From Octopus vulgaris (Eukaryota): DNA of 64,000 bases. This document shows positions 40,880-54,689 of this stretch, in pieces (position 1 is the first letter of the stretch; every line of letters starts with the position of its first letter). The notes beneath the pieces are model-generated. The model ran no database searches. It saw only the letters and a list, made by a program, of their open reading frames with translations, and was not told where the DNA came from. Position numbers and translations under genes: made by a program. Location of the stretch: the NCBI GenBank assembly GCA_951406725.2, contig OX597816.1, positions 148,304,001-148,368,000 of the forward strand. The letters are read 5' to 3'.

Positions 40880-42130
40880 CGCCGCAACATATAACTACGA
40901 ACCATCAACAACAGAACAATATTATCTGACCCATTATTTCTCAAATAAATACACCAACACACATGATCGATAAAAAAATCGATAACATTACCAAACAATA
41001 TATACCGGAGCATACAATCATCCAAATAGTTCCAAGAGATCTCAGGAAAAGAATAACCAAATTGCCGACTTTTCCACCTCAGACAACGAATATCTGTTTA
41101 CTAATGTCTCAGTGACCAAAACAATAAATATTGTATTAAATAATGTATATAAACATCGAGTTATAAAACCATACACAATACCAGCTAAGATACAGCACAA
41201 AATTACAACAAAATAACTTTTGCTATTCTCAAGGGAAGTCAGGAATAAAGAAAGTTGAAGAATCATTAGGCTCTCCATCCAGGGATCTGCGAGATTCTAT
41301 ATGGTTACAATAGAACTTAGAATAGTAAAAATAAAGCGAAGTAAACGCTCATAGTAACAGACACATAAGAAAATGTTGAGAGATTTAAGTCCAACAATTC
41401 TATACTTAACTTCAATATACAGAACAGTGTAAAACTCCTATGAATAAAATAACTCCATTCCTAGACATAACTATTTAGATAAAAATATCTATTTCACATC
41501 CGTCTGCACTAAAGCCACAAATTTATGTTTGTGGCTACATGGAATTCTATAAGGATATAAGATGTCAATGATAAATCCACTTGAGAAAAGTATTTAGATT
41601 GTCCTCCGCAAAAGAAGTACTGAGTACAGAAGCATACAGGACGAAATAACATACAAAACAGCATACAGACTAGAAGACCAAGTCGTTGGAGAAATAGTTA
41701 TTTATACAACGTAATAAATACTTCAGAAACACCTATAAATAAAATAAACCACAGGTAAAATACATTACATGAATCAAATGCATATTAACTATGCGATAGA
41801 TAAACACATTAAAAAAGTCTCATAAAACGGATCACAAGATGCCTTGCTCCAAACCATAATTTAACAGTAATAATACATTACAAAAACAGGAAAATTAAAG
41901 GCCATGTTATGAATAACAAACTACAAGAGAAAAGTTGCTACTGATCAATGTAATTTACAAATTTGATTGCCAAAATAAATATTGTAACAGATAAATTGTT
42001 TCCGACTTTTCCTGCAGCCTCGTATAGCAAGGAGCAATCGCAAAGCATTACATGAAACATTGCATAGTAAACAGTAATAAACAATCTGTCTGTTCTGTAG
42101 TAAATTAGTATAAGAAGCACATAATAATAC
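40880..42130 (+). mobile_element. Degenerate Penelope-like element (Poseidon type), RT to GIY-YIG
   Basis: PIISQINTPT, DNEYLFTNVSVTKTINIVLNNVYKH, LGSP, PFLDITI and NVIYKFDC remnants in the expected order. Confidence 0.8.
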
Positions 42131-42169
42131 TAAAATACATACACAGCACTCGTTTTACAAAGAAAAATT

Positions 42170-42300
42170 GTCTCAAATGTTGGCACAAGGCCACTAATTT
42201 CTTGGTGGACGGGGCAAGTCGATTACATCGACCCTGGTACTTGTCTGATACTTCAAGTTATGTACCACGATAGGATGAAAGACAAAAGTTAACTTTGTCG
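42170..42300 (-). mobile_element. SINE 3' fragment (34624 family)
   Basis: TTGGCACAAGGCC...AAGTCGATTACATCGACCC. Confidence 0.7.
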
Positions 42301-42591
42301 AGATTTCCCAAAAGTTATATGCAGAATAAAATTACCACAGTCATACTGAAGATTTATGATGATTTCAAATTTTCATCATGAGGGTATATATCTATCTATA
42401 TATACCTATTTATCTATCTACACACACACATATATATGCATACATACACATATATACATTTATATATATGTCTGTATGTATATATATGCATATATATACA
42501 TACGCATATATATATATACATATACATAAATATTCATACATATAAATATATATAAATATATAGATATAAAGATAGATAATTAGATACAAAG

Positions 42592-42645
<54 letters not shown>

Positions 42646-42646
<1 letters not shown>

Positions 42647-42933
42647 ATGGCTTAGTGGTTAGCGCATTTGGCTCACGGCCGTAAGTTCAATCCCCGGCGA
42701 CACGTTGCGTCCTTGAGCAAAACACTTTATTTCACATTGCTCCAGTCCACCCAGTGGGCAAAAATGAGTAGTGCCTGTATTTCAAAGGGCCAGCCTTGTC
42801 ACAATCTCTGTCACGCTGAATTTCCCTGAGAACAACATTAAGGGCACACGTGTCTGTGAATTTCTCAGCAACTTGCACGTTAATTTCACGAGCAAGCTGT
42901 TCGTTTGATCGCATCAGCTAGAACCCTGCTGTC

Positions 42934-42937
<4 letters not shown>
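42646..42937 (+). mobile_element. tRNA-derived CORE-like SINE
   Basis: TGGCTTAGTGGTTAG box A, GTTCAATCCC box B, CCTTGAGCAAAACACTTTATTTCAC core. Confidence 0.8.
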
Positions 42938-43003
<66 letters not shown>

Positions 43004-43172
43004 CTGCGTGTTCTTGAGCAAGACATTTACTTTCACATTGCTCCAGCTCACTCATCTTTCTATCCATTTATGTATGAATGTATGTATGTATGAATGTATA
43101 TATGTATGTATATATGTATGTAATTTCCCTATGTATAACTGTCATTTTCATAGCATTTTTTTTCAATGGCCC

Positions 43173-43233
43173 GATAACCGAAGAGATGCCGGCGTGGGTT
43201 TCCACCCCGACATCCGAAACTCGGAGTTTTATC
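43173..43233 (+). ncRNA. Type I hammerhead-like motif with CCGAAGA core and GC-rich stem II
   Basis: GATAA-CCGAAGA-GATGCCGGCGTGG...CCACCCCGACATC-C-GAAAC-TCGGA-GTT-TTATC. Stem I GATAA/TTATC. Confidence 0.6.
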
Positions 43234-43288
43234 ATGGCTACTGAATAATTGTCACATATTATATTTACACATATATATACATACATGC

Positions 43289-43375
<87 letters not shown>

Positions 43376-43381
<6 letters not shown>

Positions 43382-43620
43382 TAATCCAAACAAGAAAGCA
43401 CACAAAAACACAACAACGCGAGGACGTGGAACAAATATAGTATTATTGGACGCTCAGGAAAGAAGGAAAGAAGGAGAGCTTAACGTTTCGAGCGGAGCTC
43501 TTCGTCGGAAACATAGGAGAAGGAAAAATCCAGAGAAGGGAAGACAGAGGGAAAAAAATCGCCAACGGTACACACGAGGTCACATTTTGAAAATCCGTGT
43601 TTGCTTTGTAAATATTCTGA
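43376..43620 (-). mobile_element. Solo pLTR-like unit between (TA)n tracts with a minimal hammerhead-like motif (43478-43512)
   Basis: Minus strand GTTT-CCGACGA-A-GAGC-tcc-GCTC-GAAAC-GTT-AAGC. Downstream TTTCCTGAGCGT is shared with the 20500 family. Confidence 0.7.
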
Positions 43621-44983
43621 TATATACATATATATATATATATCACCATATTTTTTCCACACCTGCCAGCATGGAAAGCACGAGGAATTACGTAACCGTG
43701 TTGTTCTCTAAGATCCACTTTAATAATTAGTGCAAAACCTATTGGTAAAACCGGCCACAATTGATATATATTATACTGTACATTTTGATTTACACACACA
43801 CATACACACACACACACATGTATATATGTATACATACATGCATACATACATGCATAAATGCATACATAGATACATATATACATACATATGAAGGTGACAT
43901 TTTTATAGTTGCACATTTATGTATGGATATTCTATAATTTCTCAGTGTTGCCCAACATGTAAATAAAACACAAACAGCTTTACCATTAGGATTGAGACTT
44001 AGAAACGTGAGATATGGAACTAAATGCTACAATGTATGCAATGTAGCACGCTTATCTCTCATTAATTTTCGCAATAAATATATGAAATTTCAGAAATGCC
44101 ACCTAGACAGAATAAATTTCCTGGCAGATGCCATCTTCGTACCCTTCTCCTATTTCGCTAATATATTTCGCAATATTCTGCTTTCCTATCTGGATGCGTA
44201 GTCAAAAGGAAAGCCATAAACATTTCAGGTAATGGAAGTCTCTGTTGAATACAAGTACGCTCCAGGCAAATCAACTCCGATTTCCGCTTACGTAGTTAAT
44301 GTTGTAAAGGAATGTGCAAACATCATGCAGTCTCATTTCCCTCGGATTCGAAGGATCTGTGCCTCTTTGTCTCTTTTGCTTTCTTACTCTCCCTTCTCTC
44401 TAGCTATCTATTCCTATCTCTCACTTTTTATCTCTTTCGACTATTCTTTCTCTCTATCCCTATCTCCCTTTCTCTTCTCCATCACCATTTCTCTTTCTTG
44501 CCCTTTTCTCTCTTTTTACTCTGTGTCATAAATCAATAAATAATTAAAATATAAAGCAGGAGTTTTCGCAACAACATACCTTCTTCAGCAACAACTCATG
44601 CTAGCCGACTTGATACAGTGTTCTTCTCTCAAATAACAATTAAGGGACAGAGAGATCGAATACTAAAGCTATTCATCGACAAAATAACATCAAAACTACC
44701 CGTATCTACTTACAAAGTAACTAAAGTGTTTACTTTGTAAGTATTCTGTAAGTAAATTACTTAGTTTATAAAACTGCAGAGCGATTCGACAAATGATCCT
44801 TCACTACTAGAAATAGCGAGTCGAGAAGGAACACTAAACTACTGACCATGGGGATGGTTGCAGTGATTTCGGTTGTTTGTTTGCTGTAATTGTTTATCCT
44901 CCAAGGTAGACATATGACCAAAATCATTTCAATCATTTTGTTTTTACTTTTGCCCCCTTTTTTGTAAACAGCGTATATTAGAC

Positions 44984-45202
44984 TGGAAGGTGTTTATAAG
45001 TAATTTAAGGAACACACAAAATCCGTTAGATTCACTTCAACATTTAAATTTAATTTGTCAAATTAAAAAAATTTGAATGTTGAAGTGAATCTAACGGATT
45101 TTGTGTGTTTCCTAAATGGCTTATAAACACCTTCCACGCTGCAATTGTTTTCGTTCCAGCACACGATTTCAGATCAGGTCACTTGCTATGCAAGTGCATC
45201 TC
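44984..45202. mobile_element. Insertion of about 220 bp made of a 150-bp hairpin plus tail, flanked by a 12-bp direct repeat
   Basis: GGAAGGTGTTTATAAG...CTTATAAACACCTTCC inverted arms (44985-45135). CGTATATTAGAC at 44972-44983 and 45203-45214. Confidence 0.85.
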
Positions 45203-46193
45203 CGTATATTAGACAGTATTACCGATAGTGTCCTTCTATCTGAGCTAATTCACACGTGACCTAGTGAAGATTTCACTCTCCGTTTTATGCTTTTCTATCT
45301 CTTTTTCTTTATTCTCAATGAAATACGACCTGAAGAGGAATGGTTCTGACATCTCTAAATATGCCCGAGGTCCGAGACATGTTGTATATCATGATGGCGC
45401 TCCTACAACATCATAAAGAGTTGTTGAGTGCCACATGCAAAACAGCATACTATTTGTATTGAGAGGAAAAACATTACACATGTGGTTTCCGTACATGGAC
45501 AGTGGGGAAGTCGATAATGTGACCTCCATACAGCTATAAGCAATACAGAGAACGAGTAAACGAAACTCAATATTTATTGTAGTAAATAGTTCAGTAAATT
45601 TCGGTAAGACGATCGCAACTTGTCCCAGGAAGATCAATGACTTGACGAACAAATGAATATTCAATAATTCTTGAACATTTTAAACGGAGTGATTGTTGAT
45701 GTCCTTTTCTTGTACACTTTTCTTTTTAATTCAGTTGACTTTTAATCACATCACGAAATCAAATTAGCAACGAATATTTAAAATAACTTTCTTATTCTGA
45801 ACTTTCAATTGTCTTTCATATTTTTTTCTCCATACCTTCTTTACTCATTACTTTTATTTTATTCATTCAGTTTTGTGTATGTATGTGTGTGTATGCGTGA
45901 GTGCACGTGTGTGAGTGTGTGTGAGTGAGAGTGAGCGTGTGCGTGTGCGTTCATGTGCGCGCGTGCGGCTTTGTGTACGACTGTGGTTGTTTTTCTCTTT
46001 TTATCGTTTTATGTTTTTTTTCTACTTTTTTTCTTAATTTCTTTTCGTTTCTTGGTAGACCTTTTATCAAATTATAATAATCTACAAAAGTAATATCCAT
46101 TAGCACAGACATACTGCTCAAGATTGGTTATTTCCTGTGTGGTTGTAATTGTTATAGTTTATTGCTGTTTTAATTATTGAACTTATATTATTA

Positions 46194-46239
<46 letters not shown>

Positions 46240-46268
46240 TATTATTATTATTATTGTTATTATTATTG

Positions 46269-46347
<79 letters not shown>

Positions 46348-47639
46348 CATCATCATTATTATTATTATTATCTTGTTCTTGTTATGTTCATTCTTGTTAC
46401 TGTTAATGTGTTTGTTATTTTCCTTTGGTTTTCTTTTGTTGGTTTTGAATTGTGATCGTCATGTATTTGTGTAAAAGTTTGTTTTGTTTCGTCCTTTAAT
46501 TTTTTGTTTTAATCTTGTTTACATCACAGCAATTTCCACTAAAGTTTATTCGTTTGGCTCCGAATGTCTGTTTTAACATAAATTAAATATCAAAAGCAAG
46601 AAGACACAGCACATTCTATTGATTTGTCGTATTTTGAATTTAGCTTCATTTAACACTATAAATGATGGTTATTTTTTTTTTATCTCTTTGGTTTCTTTGT
46701 TGATTGTGTATTGGTTAGTGAGATGCTAGTTTTTATTTATTTGTTTGTTTTGTTTTGTTTTTATCTTTTCGTTTTGTTTTTCTTGTTTTGCTTTTCATTC
46801 TTCGAAGAAAAGGCCATTACTTTCTAACGGAGCCTACCTGCTTGGATTAGAAATTACATGATTAGAAAGAATAACTCACTTCGCGATACAATTTATTAAG
46901 AGCTATTTATTTTCATGTTTCATTTCCTTGACGTACACAACTTTTATTTATGTATGCATTTATTTATTTATTTATTTGGTGTAGAAAGTTTGTTTTAGTT
47001 CTTGTTTTTTTTTATATGTTATTTTAATGAATTAAGAAATAGAATCGAAAATAAAACGGCTTTGTTTATTCATATTTTTTCTTCTAATGTTCTTCTAATG
47101 TTGTTAGATTTTGTCGTCGTGCTTTCCTTTTTTTCTTTCTTTCTTTATTATCTCATTGATATTGAGTGGCGAAGAAATATTACATTTTAATTTGCTTAAC
47201 AATAATTTATACAACTGTCATAAAACAAATTAATAATCTTGGTGTGAAAATTATTCCTCGAATAGACTGATGTCTTTATGTGTCTTTTATGCATACACAA
47301 ATTAGACAACGACCTAAATAAGATATAGATAACGAAAGAGATAAATACCAATTCTTTAGATATACAATATATATACATTGAATTTATAGAAACTCACCAA
47401 ACACAAGCGATTTCTACATGTCAGCGTTACAGCCTAATAGAAAATTTATCGAATAGATAGTCACTCTTTATATAATTTCACTTCGTAGACGTAGTTGTTG
47501 ATATTTTCATTTGCTAGACATTAACGAAGACCAGACAGGTATATTCTATAGATATCATCTCTATGCTAGAAACTTTACATGTTCGAAGTATTTAATTGTA
47601 ACATACAAATCTGTGTGCGTGTATGCGTCTGTTCGTTTG

Positions 47640-47731
<92 letters not shown>

Positions 47732-48721
47732 TGCGTGCGTGTGTGTTAGTTGGGTCTAGATTAAATAGTCTTGCCCTGCCATCTTCAAGCTTTCTAAAAC
47801 CGACACAATTGATGGCGTTTAATATATACGTGTATGGGAACCCGAGTGTACGTACTTGTTTGCATATATGTGCATGCACCCGTGTACGTATTTGTGTACT
47901 TTATTGGCACTGATTGTGCTTATGGTGACAGCATGTTGTACCATTTGTCTTTTTACTCTCATGAAACTCGTCCTATAATTCAGTTTTAAATTACAGAGCT
48001 GAAAATCTCCTGATATACAATTTCAAAGTAAATGACCACGTTTTAGAGAACATAGTGTAACACCTAACCTGGAATGCGAACATCTGAGCAGGGAATTCAT
48101 CGTTCTGTATGGCTGTTGTGTTTTTTCTCCTTGTCAAAAAGGATCATATTACAACAGTAGGTTATGGGAAGAGTAACAAAAATAATATAAATAAATATTT
48201 TCGGTAAAGATTTTTCACGTTTGCAATTCGTTAATCAAGAAGCAATCTTTATAGTTATACTTTTAAATAATCACCTTACTCCACATCATCAAAGATAATT
48301 CATGTTCTTCAGAGAAACCCATTGAGAAAAAGAGGGAACGTGCTTTGCAAACAGAACACAAAAATCTTTCGATAAATTCTCAAGTAGCTCAATAAATTAT
48401 AACCCGCCTTTATTACAGAAAAACCTTATTTTCTGATTATCTTCGACTTAATTTACTGTCATTCGAGGAAATTCTCATTAACAGAAATCTCTTTCCAAAT
48501 TTTCTAACCGTTCTAAATAAGATCAAATGATCGAGTGACCTTGCCTCGTTCTTCAGTTTTCGCAATTCTTCTCCTGTGATTGTAATTACATTTTAATTAG
48601 TTTCTAGAAAACATTAAGCGATATATTATTTCTACAATTGAGAGATCTCTGTTTAGAAATCTACAATACAGGATGAATTATATTGCACATCTTTAATTAA
48701 GAATTAATATTCGGAAACCAT

Positions 48722-48940
48722 AAGGTGGCGAGATGGCAGAATCGTTAGTACGCCGGACGAAATGCTACTAAGCATTTCGCCCGTCTTCATGTTCTTCATT
48801 CAATTTCTCCGAAGTCGAATTTGCCTTTCATCCTTTCGGCGTCGATAAAATCAGTATCAGTCGAGCACTGGGGTCGATTACATCGACTTGCCTCCTACCC
48901 CAAAATGGCTAGACTTGTGCCAAAATTTTAAATCAATATT
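48722..48940 (+). mobile_element. SINE (34624 family)
   Basis: GGCGAGATGGCAGAATCGTTAG...GCCTTTCATCCTTTCGGCGTCGATAAAAT...CTTGTGCCAAAATTT. Confidence 0.8.
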
Positions 48941-49954
48941 CGAAAACCATTTTAGTCTTAGACTAAAAACTGAACTACGACGAAGATGGTTTGGACAGGT
49001 AACACTTTTTTCTTTTAGTTTTGAAATATATACGGTGAGCATTATACAGAAGTGATACGTTATTTCGATTCTATTTCTTAATAGGCCACCAGCTTCTCCC
49101 ACTGACGGTAACGATACACTTAAGAAAAATGTAAACAGCAAAGATCTTATGAAATGATTTTTACAAATTCCCTGACAGGCAATCTTAGAAACAATAACAA
49201 AGAGATTGGTTGTTGTTGTATAAGAGGTGTATGAGAAACAATGCCGAGTCTTAAATGTGTACCAGAGTTGATAGAGCGTCTGTATGATAGAGTTTGATCA
49301 GCAGACACTGTGATAAGGGGATCTGTTTCGGTGTAATTTCTCCAGATGTGATCCTAAAGAGAAGCGTATAGCCCTAATTTGGGGGTAGTTAACCAGAAAT
49401 TTCGTATGCCGAACACGGTGAAGAGGGACGAGATATTCTTAGCAACACGCAACTGCATCTTACCGTAATGTTGTGACTTATTGAACATTTTTCGACTTTT
49501 AATATCATATTTCATTTTAATTATTGCCAACTTTTTAAGCCCTGGCAGCCTGAAAGCGGTAAAAAAATTTTTCTGCTCTACGTTGTCATTTGTTTATGCG
49601 CATGTGCAAACATAACACCTTCCACCTTACACACACTATCCTATAGGGCAATTTCGGCACCCTAATTCACACACACACATACAGTCATGCTCACACAGCC
49701 ACATGCACTCTTTCACACTATCCACCTAACATCTTCATACACACCGAATCTCCAAACCTCACTTACCAACGCCAAAATGCTTCTACACACACTTTTATAC
49801 ACATACATACATCACACTAATGTAGACACATACACTATTCACTCTTCACCCCACTTCCATATCCTATTTTGGGACACAGAAATATCCTGACAAATGCATC
49901 TGCACACCAAGACATTTCTGCATACAAGACTATCCTTGAGCACTGACGTAAAGA

Positions 49955-50103
49955 ATTTTTAGTTAAATAAATCGAGCCCAGTACTTATTTTTTTAAGCCT
50001 GATACTTATTCCATCATACTCTTTTGCCGAACCGCTAATTACGGGGTGCAAATACACCAACAGCGGTTTTCAAGCGGTGGTGAGGGTAAACACACACACA
50101 CAC

Positions 50104-50144
<41 letters not shown>

Positions 50145-50312
50145 TATACACGTCAGGCTTCTTTCAATTTCCGTCTACAAAATCCTCTAACAAGGCTTTG
50201 GTCGACCTCAGGCTATAGTAGAATACACTTGCTCAAGGTATTACGCAGTGGGACTGAACCAGGGACCATGTACTTGGGAAGAACACTTGCTACTACACAG
50301 CTACGACTGCAC
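49955..50312 (-). mobile_element. SINE with internal CA/TA microsatellite
   Basis: Colinear with 35770-36182. tRNA-like head with GGTTCAGTCCC on the minus strand. Confidence 0.75.
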
Positions 50313-50328
50313 CTATTGTGTGTGTATG

Positions 50329-50494
<166 letters not shown>

Positions 50495-50544
50495 TACTCA
50501 TACATACACATTATATATATATACATACATATACATACATAAAT

Positions 50545-50670
50545 AGAGCGTAGGCTCGAAGCGTAAAATACTTTTTCTATTCCTGAGCGTTATACTAATA
50601 CATCTGTTTCTTTTGTACACCACCTATCTTCGTCTTTTGTACACCACCTATCTTCGTCGTAAACTCTCCT
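50545..50670 (+). mobile_element. Truncated pLTR unit (1-278 / 20500 family)
   Basis: AGAGCGTAGGCTCGAAGCGTAAAA...TCCTGAGCGTTATACTAATACATCTG, ending at (TA)n. Confidence 0.75.
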
Positions 50671-51004
50671 TATATATATATAACCTCTGCCCAGTTAGTC
50701 TGACTTCATCCTATTTTGGTGATTACACTGTTTTCCTTTCTATGATGTTCTACGCTACTGATCATATTATGTACGCTTGTAGTGACTTTATGAAATTAAA
50801 TCTCTTTTCGACTAAATTATATACCCACTAAAAACTATACTTAAAAACTAAAATCATACATACAATAGCACCTGTAAGATTACAACTTATAAAATCTCTT
50901 CGGTCTGAATACTTTTGACTGCCCTCACTATGCCCATATCTATTGCCCTCTCTTTTCCCTCTATTGCATGCATATATATAGTTATTTCATTTGGTTGCTT
51001 TGGT

Positions 51005-51059
<55 letters not shown>

Positions 51060-51470
51060 GTATGTGTTTGGGTGTGTATTCATCCGCCATTCGAACAATA
51101 TGGCTAGACCATCTCATTTGGTTTTTCAGAATCATTGATTTCATTGATGTGATGCCTGCAGACGCAAAGACATCTGTGCCTCTATTAAAAACGTTCTATT
51201 TAATGTTGAAAATGCGACATTAATCGTTCTAACAATATGAAACGTCATTCATAACACGCCTATGTTCCAGAATACAGCAGAAATGGTAAAACAAATGATT
51301 TGTTAAGAGCCAATTTTGTGTTGTTATTTATATGTCATTGGCACCAACTGCGTGACTCCAAACCGCCAAATGCTTGTGTTGCCCTTTGAATTCGCAGATG
51401 TATTTCTGTGTCCAGATTTCCATCATTATGTACAGAGCTTCCGAAGTAAATGACTGAGTCAACAACCTCA

Positions 51471-51970
51471 AGTATTTGGTCATCCCATAACTAATACGGT
51501 GTTTTATTCTTTTATTTTTTAAAATCAATACAAACAAAGTTGTTGGGTTTTTTTCTTAATCTAAAATATGCTTTCCTTCATTTTCTACAATGCTCTTCCG
51601 TCTACCTGGTAGACTTGCAATGCCCCTTTTCCAAGATCCGCTTGTCCGTGACGAAAAATACTCCTCCACTACTGTTCTGACCTTGTCTACATAATTCATA
51701 TTTTTTCAGTCCAAATAATTTTGAAGACTGCGAAATAAACGATAATCAGATGAGGCAATATCCGGCAAATATGATGAGTGGAGCATCCTTTCCCATTGAA
51801 ACTGGTCCAGCATTTGGAATGTCATCTTCGCTGTACATGGCCGAGCACTATCCTCATGGAAGAACATCCTTCGTTTCTCTTCTGGTGCTGACTTCAGCCG
51901 CTCAAGCTGCTCGCAGTAGATCTCCTTTGTTATCGTTTGCTTTGGGTTTAAAGTTCAAAGTGGACTAAAC
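51471..51970 (-). mobile_element. Mariner relic, C-terminal catalytic part and 3' end
   Basis: FFHEDSARPCT...WERMLHSSYLPDIASSDYRLFRSLQNYL...KRGIASLPGR...ENEGKHILD*. Confidence 0.85.
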
Positions 51971-52056
51971 CTTTCACGTCGTCCCAAACAGATAATAACA
52001 CCTTACGGAGGTAGGACCTTCTTTAGCTTAAGATGCCGGTGTTTCCTCTCATGTCA

Positions 52057-52162
52057 GGGCAACTGAGACCAGGACCACTCATTTCCGGACAACTCATATC
52101 AGGCACCTCATACCTGGACAATTGATATCAAGGACAACGGATAAATAAGACAACGCATACCG
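52057..52162 (+). repeat. About 7 diverged tandem units of about 15 bp (GGACAACTCATAYCM)
   Basis: GGGCAACTGAGACCA GGACCACTCATTTCC GGACAACTCATATCA GGCACCTCATACCT GGACAATTGATATCAA GGACAACGGATAAATA AGACAACGCATACC. Confidence 0.75.
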
Positions 52163-52299
52163 GGTAAAGAGTGACAAAGATTTAATTTTGAAAGAAACAC
52201 GAAGAATAAATTAACCGCGCACACCACACACACGCAAAACAACACATACACACACCACACATACACACTCACACAAATATACACTACATACACCACTGA

Positions 52300-53815
52300 C
52301 TAGACCGCAACCGTCAGCGTATAGCAGTTCCTTAATGAGTTCCTTAATGTTTTGAATTTCAGTCTGGTCAGATTAAAAACATTCCCTGTTGTCCGGTACT
52401 TTATGTAAATACCTTCCTCGGAGTTTTGAAAAGGGTGTGACAGCACAACAGCAAAGTATATTGCAAAAAGGATGGGTGCATCAAAGTCTCCTTGCTCTAC
52501 TCCATTTTCCACGGCAAAAGATTCAGAAAGCCAACCACCAAAATTAATTCTAGCCTTCATATCTTGATGCATAGATCTGTTCATATTTATACATTTTTCT
52601 GGACAGAATTAGCTACAGAGATTTTTCTGGATAGGATTAGCCAGAGAGATTTCGATTAACAGTATTGAATACCTTGCTTAAACCAACACAGCAATGGTAC
52701 AGGGCAACTTTCTATTCAATGCATTTTTCCTGAAATTGTCTGATACTAAAGATACAATCAATTGTGCCCCTGTATAAGCGAAAACCACATTGAGGCTCAG
52801 ATACTGTGTTTGGAACTATGAAGATAGTTAAACGTTCTAACAGAATGCGAGCAAGTACCTTTCTAACTGCAGACAAAAGCGAAATCCCACAAAAAGTACT
52901 ACACAGATCCTTTGGCCCCGATTTATACAAGGAGACTAAAATGGCATCGATCCAGTCTTGAGGCAGTTCCTCAGTTCTCGAACAGTGATAAATTAATTTA
53001 TTTAAGAGTTCAAACATTTTGTCACCCTTATATTTCAAAACCTCTGCAAATATTCCATCAGACTCTGGTTATTTATTGTTATTCAACTTATTCACACCTA
53101 AATAAATGTCATTTAGAGTTGGTTCAAATGCCATTTCCTCTATAAAAGGAAGGTTTTCGATTTTTTTCTATCATCCTCATGTCAATGGATGATGGTCTAT
53201 TCAAAAGTGAAGAAAAATGTTCTTCCCAGCGTTTATAAATAGAATGAATAGAAGCGGTGTCAGTCAAAAGCAAATGTCCATTGTTTTGTTCTCACTGGAG
53301 CTATTGAAGAAGATTTTGGGCCATATACTTCCTTAACATAAGAGTACAAATCTATGGCATCATTTCTGTCAGCTGCTTCATGCACCTATTTTGCTCTGTC
53401 ATTCCACCATTCCTATTTAATTTTCCTTAAAACAGTCTGCACTTTCCCTCACAGCTTTCTGTAAGCTTCGTTTGAGTTGGGGTTCAAGAACTGAGAAAGA
53501 AGTGTATTGCCTAAGTTTTGTTTTTCTAAAAGTAGATCATGAATTTCTGGTGATTTGTCTGAAAACCAGTCACTGGACTTACGCGATTTAAGTCCCACTG
53601 AATTTGCAGCCTGAAATACTTTGGTTTTAAAGAAATCTTCCCATAGATTGTTTGGATTAAGATTGATACTTTCTATACCATCGTGGAATCTTTGCAAGTT
53701 GCTTGGCAATTTGAAGTTAGCAACATTTAACTATTTTGGTACTTTAGGACCAGGCTATCAACTTTTAGGCATTATCGAAAAATTCATTTTTCCACGCATT
53801 AGACGATGGTGAGTT
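52300..53815 (-). mobile_element. RTE (BovB-like) LINE RT fragment, frameshifted
   Basis: LPQDWIDAILVSLYK, GISLLSAVRKVLARILLERL, QCGFR, RQFQEKCIE, NGVEQG...APILF and GIYIKYRTTGNVFNL. Confidence 0.92.
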
Positions 53816-53862
53816 CTGCTATAGATAGACAGACAGACAGACAGACGGACGGACGGACGGAC

Positions 53863-53974
<112 letters not shown>

Positions 53975-53979
53975 GGATC

Positions 53980-54065
<86 letters not shown>

Positions 54066-54272
54066 GGGTGTATATATGTATGTCATTTATATGTTGTGTC
54101 ATGCAGTGTCTGATGTGTAACTTTTGTCTGCAATCGCTATTTTTCGGATACATAAAGTAGTTAATGAAAATGATTCATAAAATAAATAATGTGGAGAGAT
54201 AAACCAAAAATTATACACGGCTTCATAACATCGTTTCACGCCCCTTCCAATTAATATCTTATATTAGTTGAA

Positions 54273-54309
<37 letters not shown>

Positions 54310-54689
54310 CCTCCCTTTCTCTCTCACGACAGAGTCGCATGTGCTCTTGTATATGACTAACACTCGTATACATACTTATTGATCATAACCTCGTACAGCG
54401 AATAAACATACGTATTTCTTCTGTGCTCCATAAATAGGCATATGCGAACATAGTTTTTCTTACTTCGTGACTTCAACAGCCTGGTCAAGTTTCCATGCAT
54501 GTGCTAGAGAAAGAACCTTGCTTGCATTTTTCATCCTGCATTAAGAGTGCCAAGATGTCGATTGTATTGCATACCATCACCGACACGGTAAAATAAATAA
54601 AATTAATAGGAAGAAAACCAAATCAAAACGAATAAATCAAAAGTAATAAGGAAAAAGAAAAGGGAATCAGACACTGAAATGTGGAGAAG

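Noticed and set aside
44555-44600. Minus-strand CTGAAGA...GAAA spacing (also about 9830 and about 58340)
   Set aside because: Stems I/II do not pair convincingly, so they were not counted as ribozymes.
52057-52162. CRISPR-like periodicity
   Set aside because: The units are adjacent with no spacers, and the context is eukaryotic.
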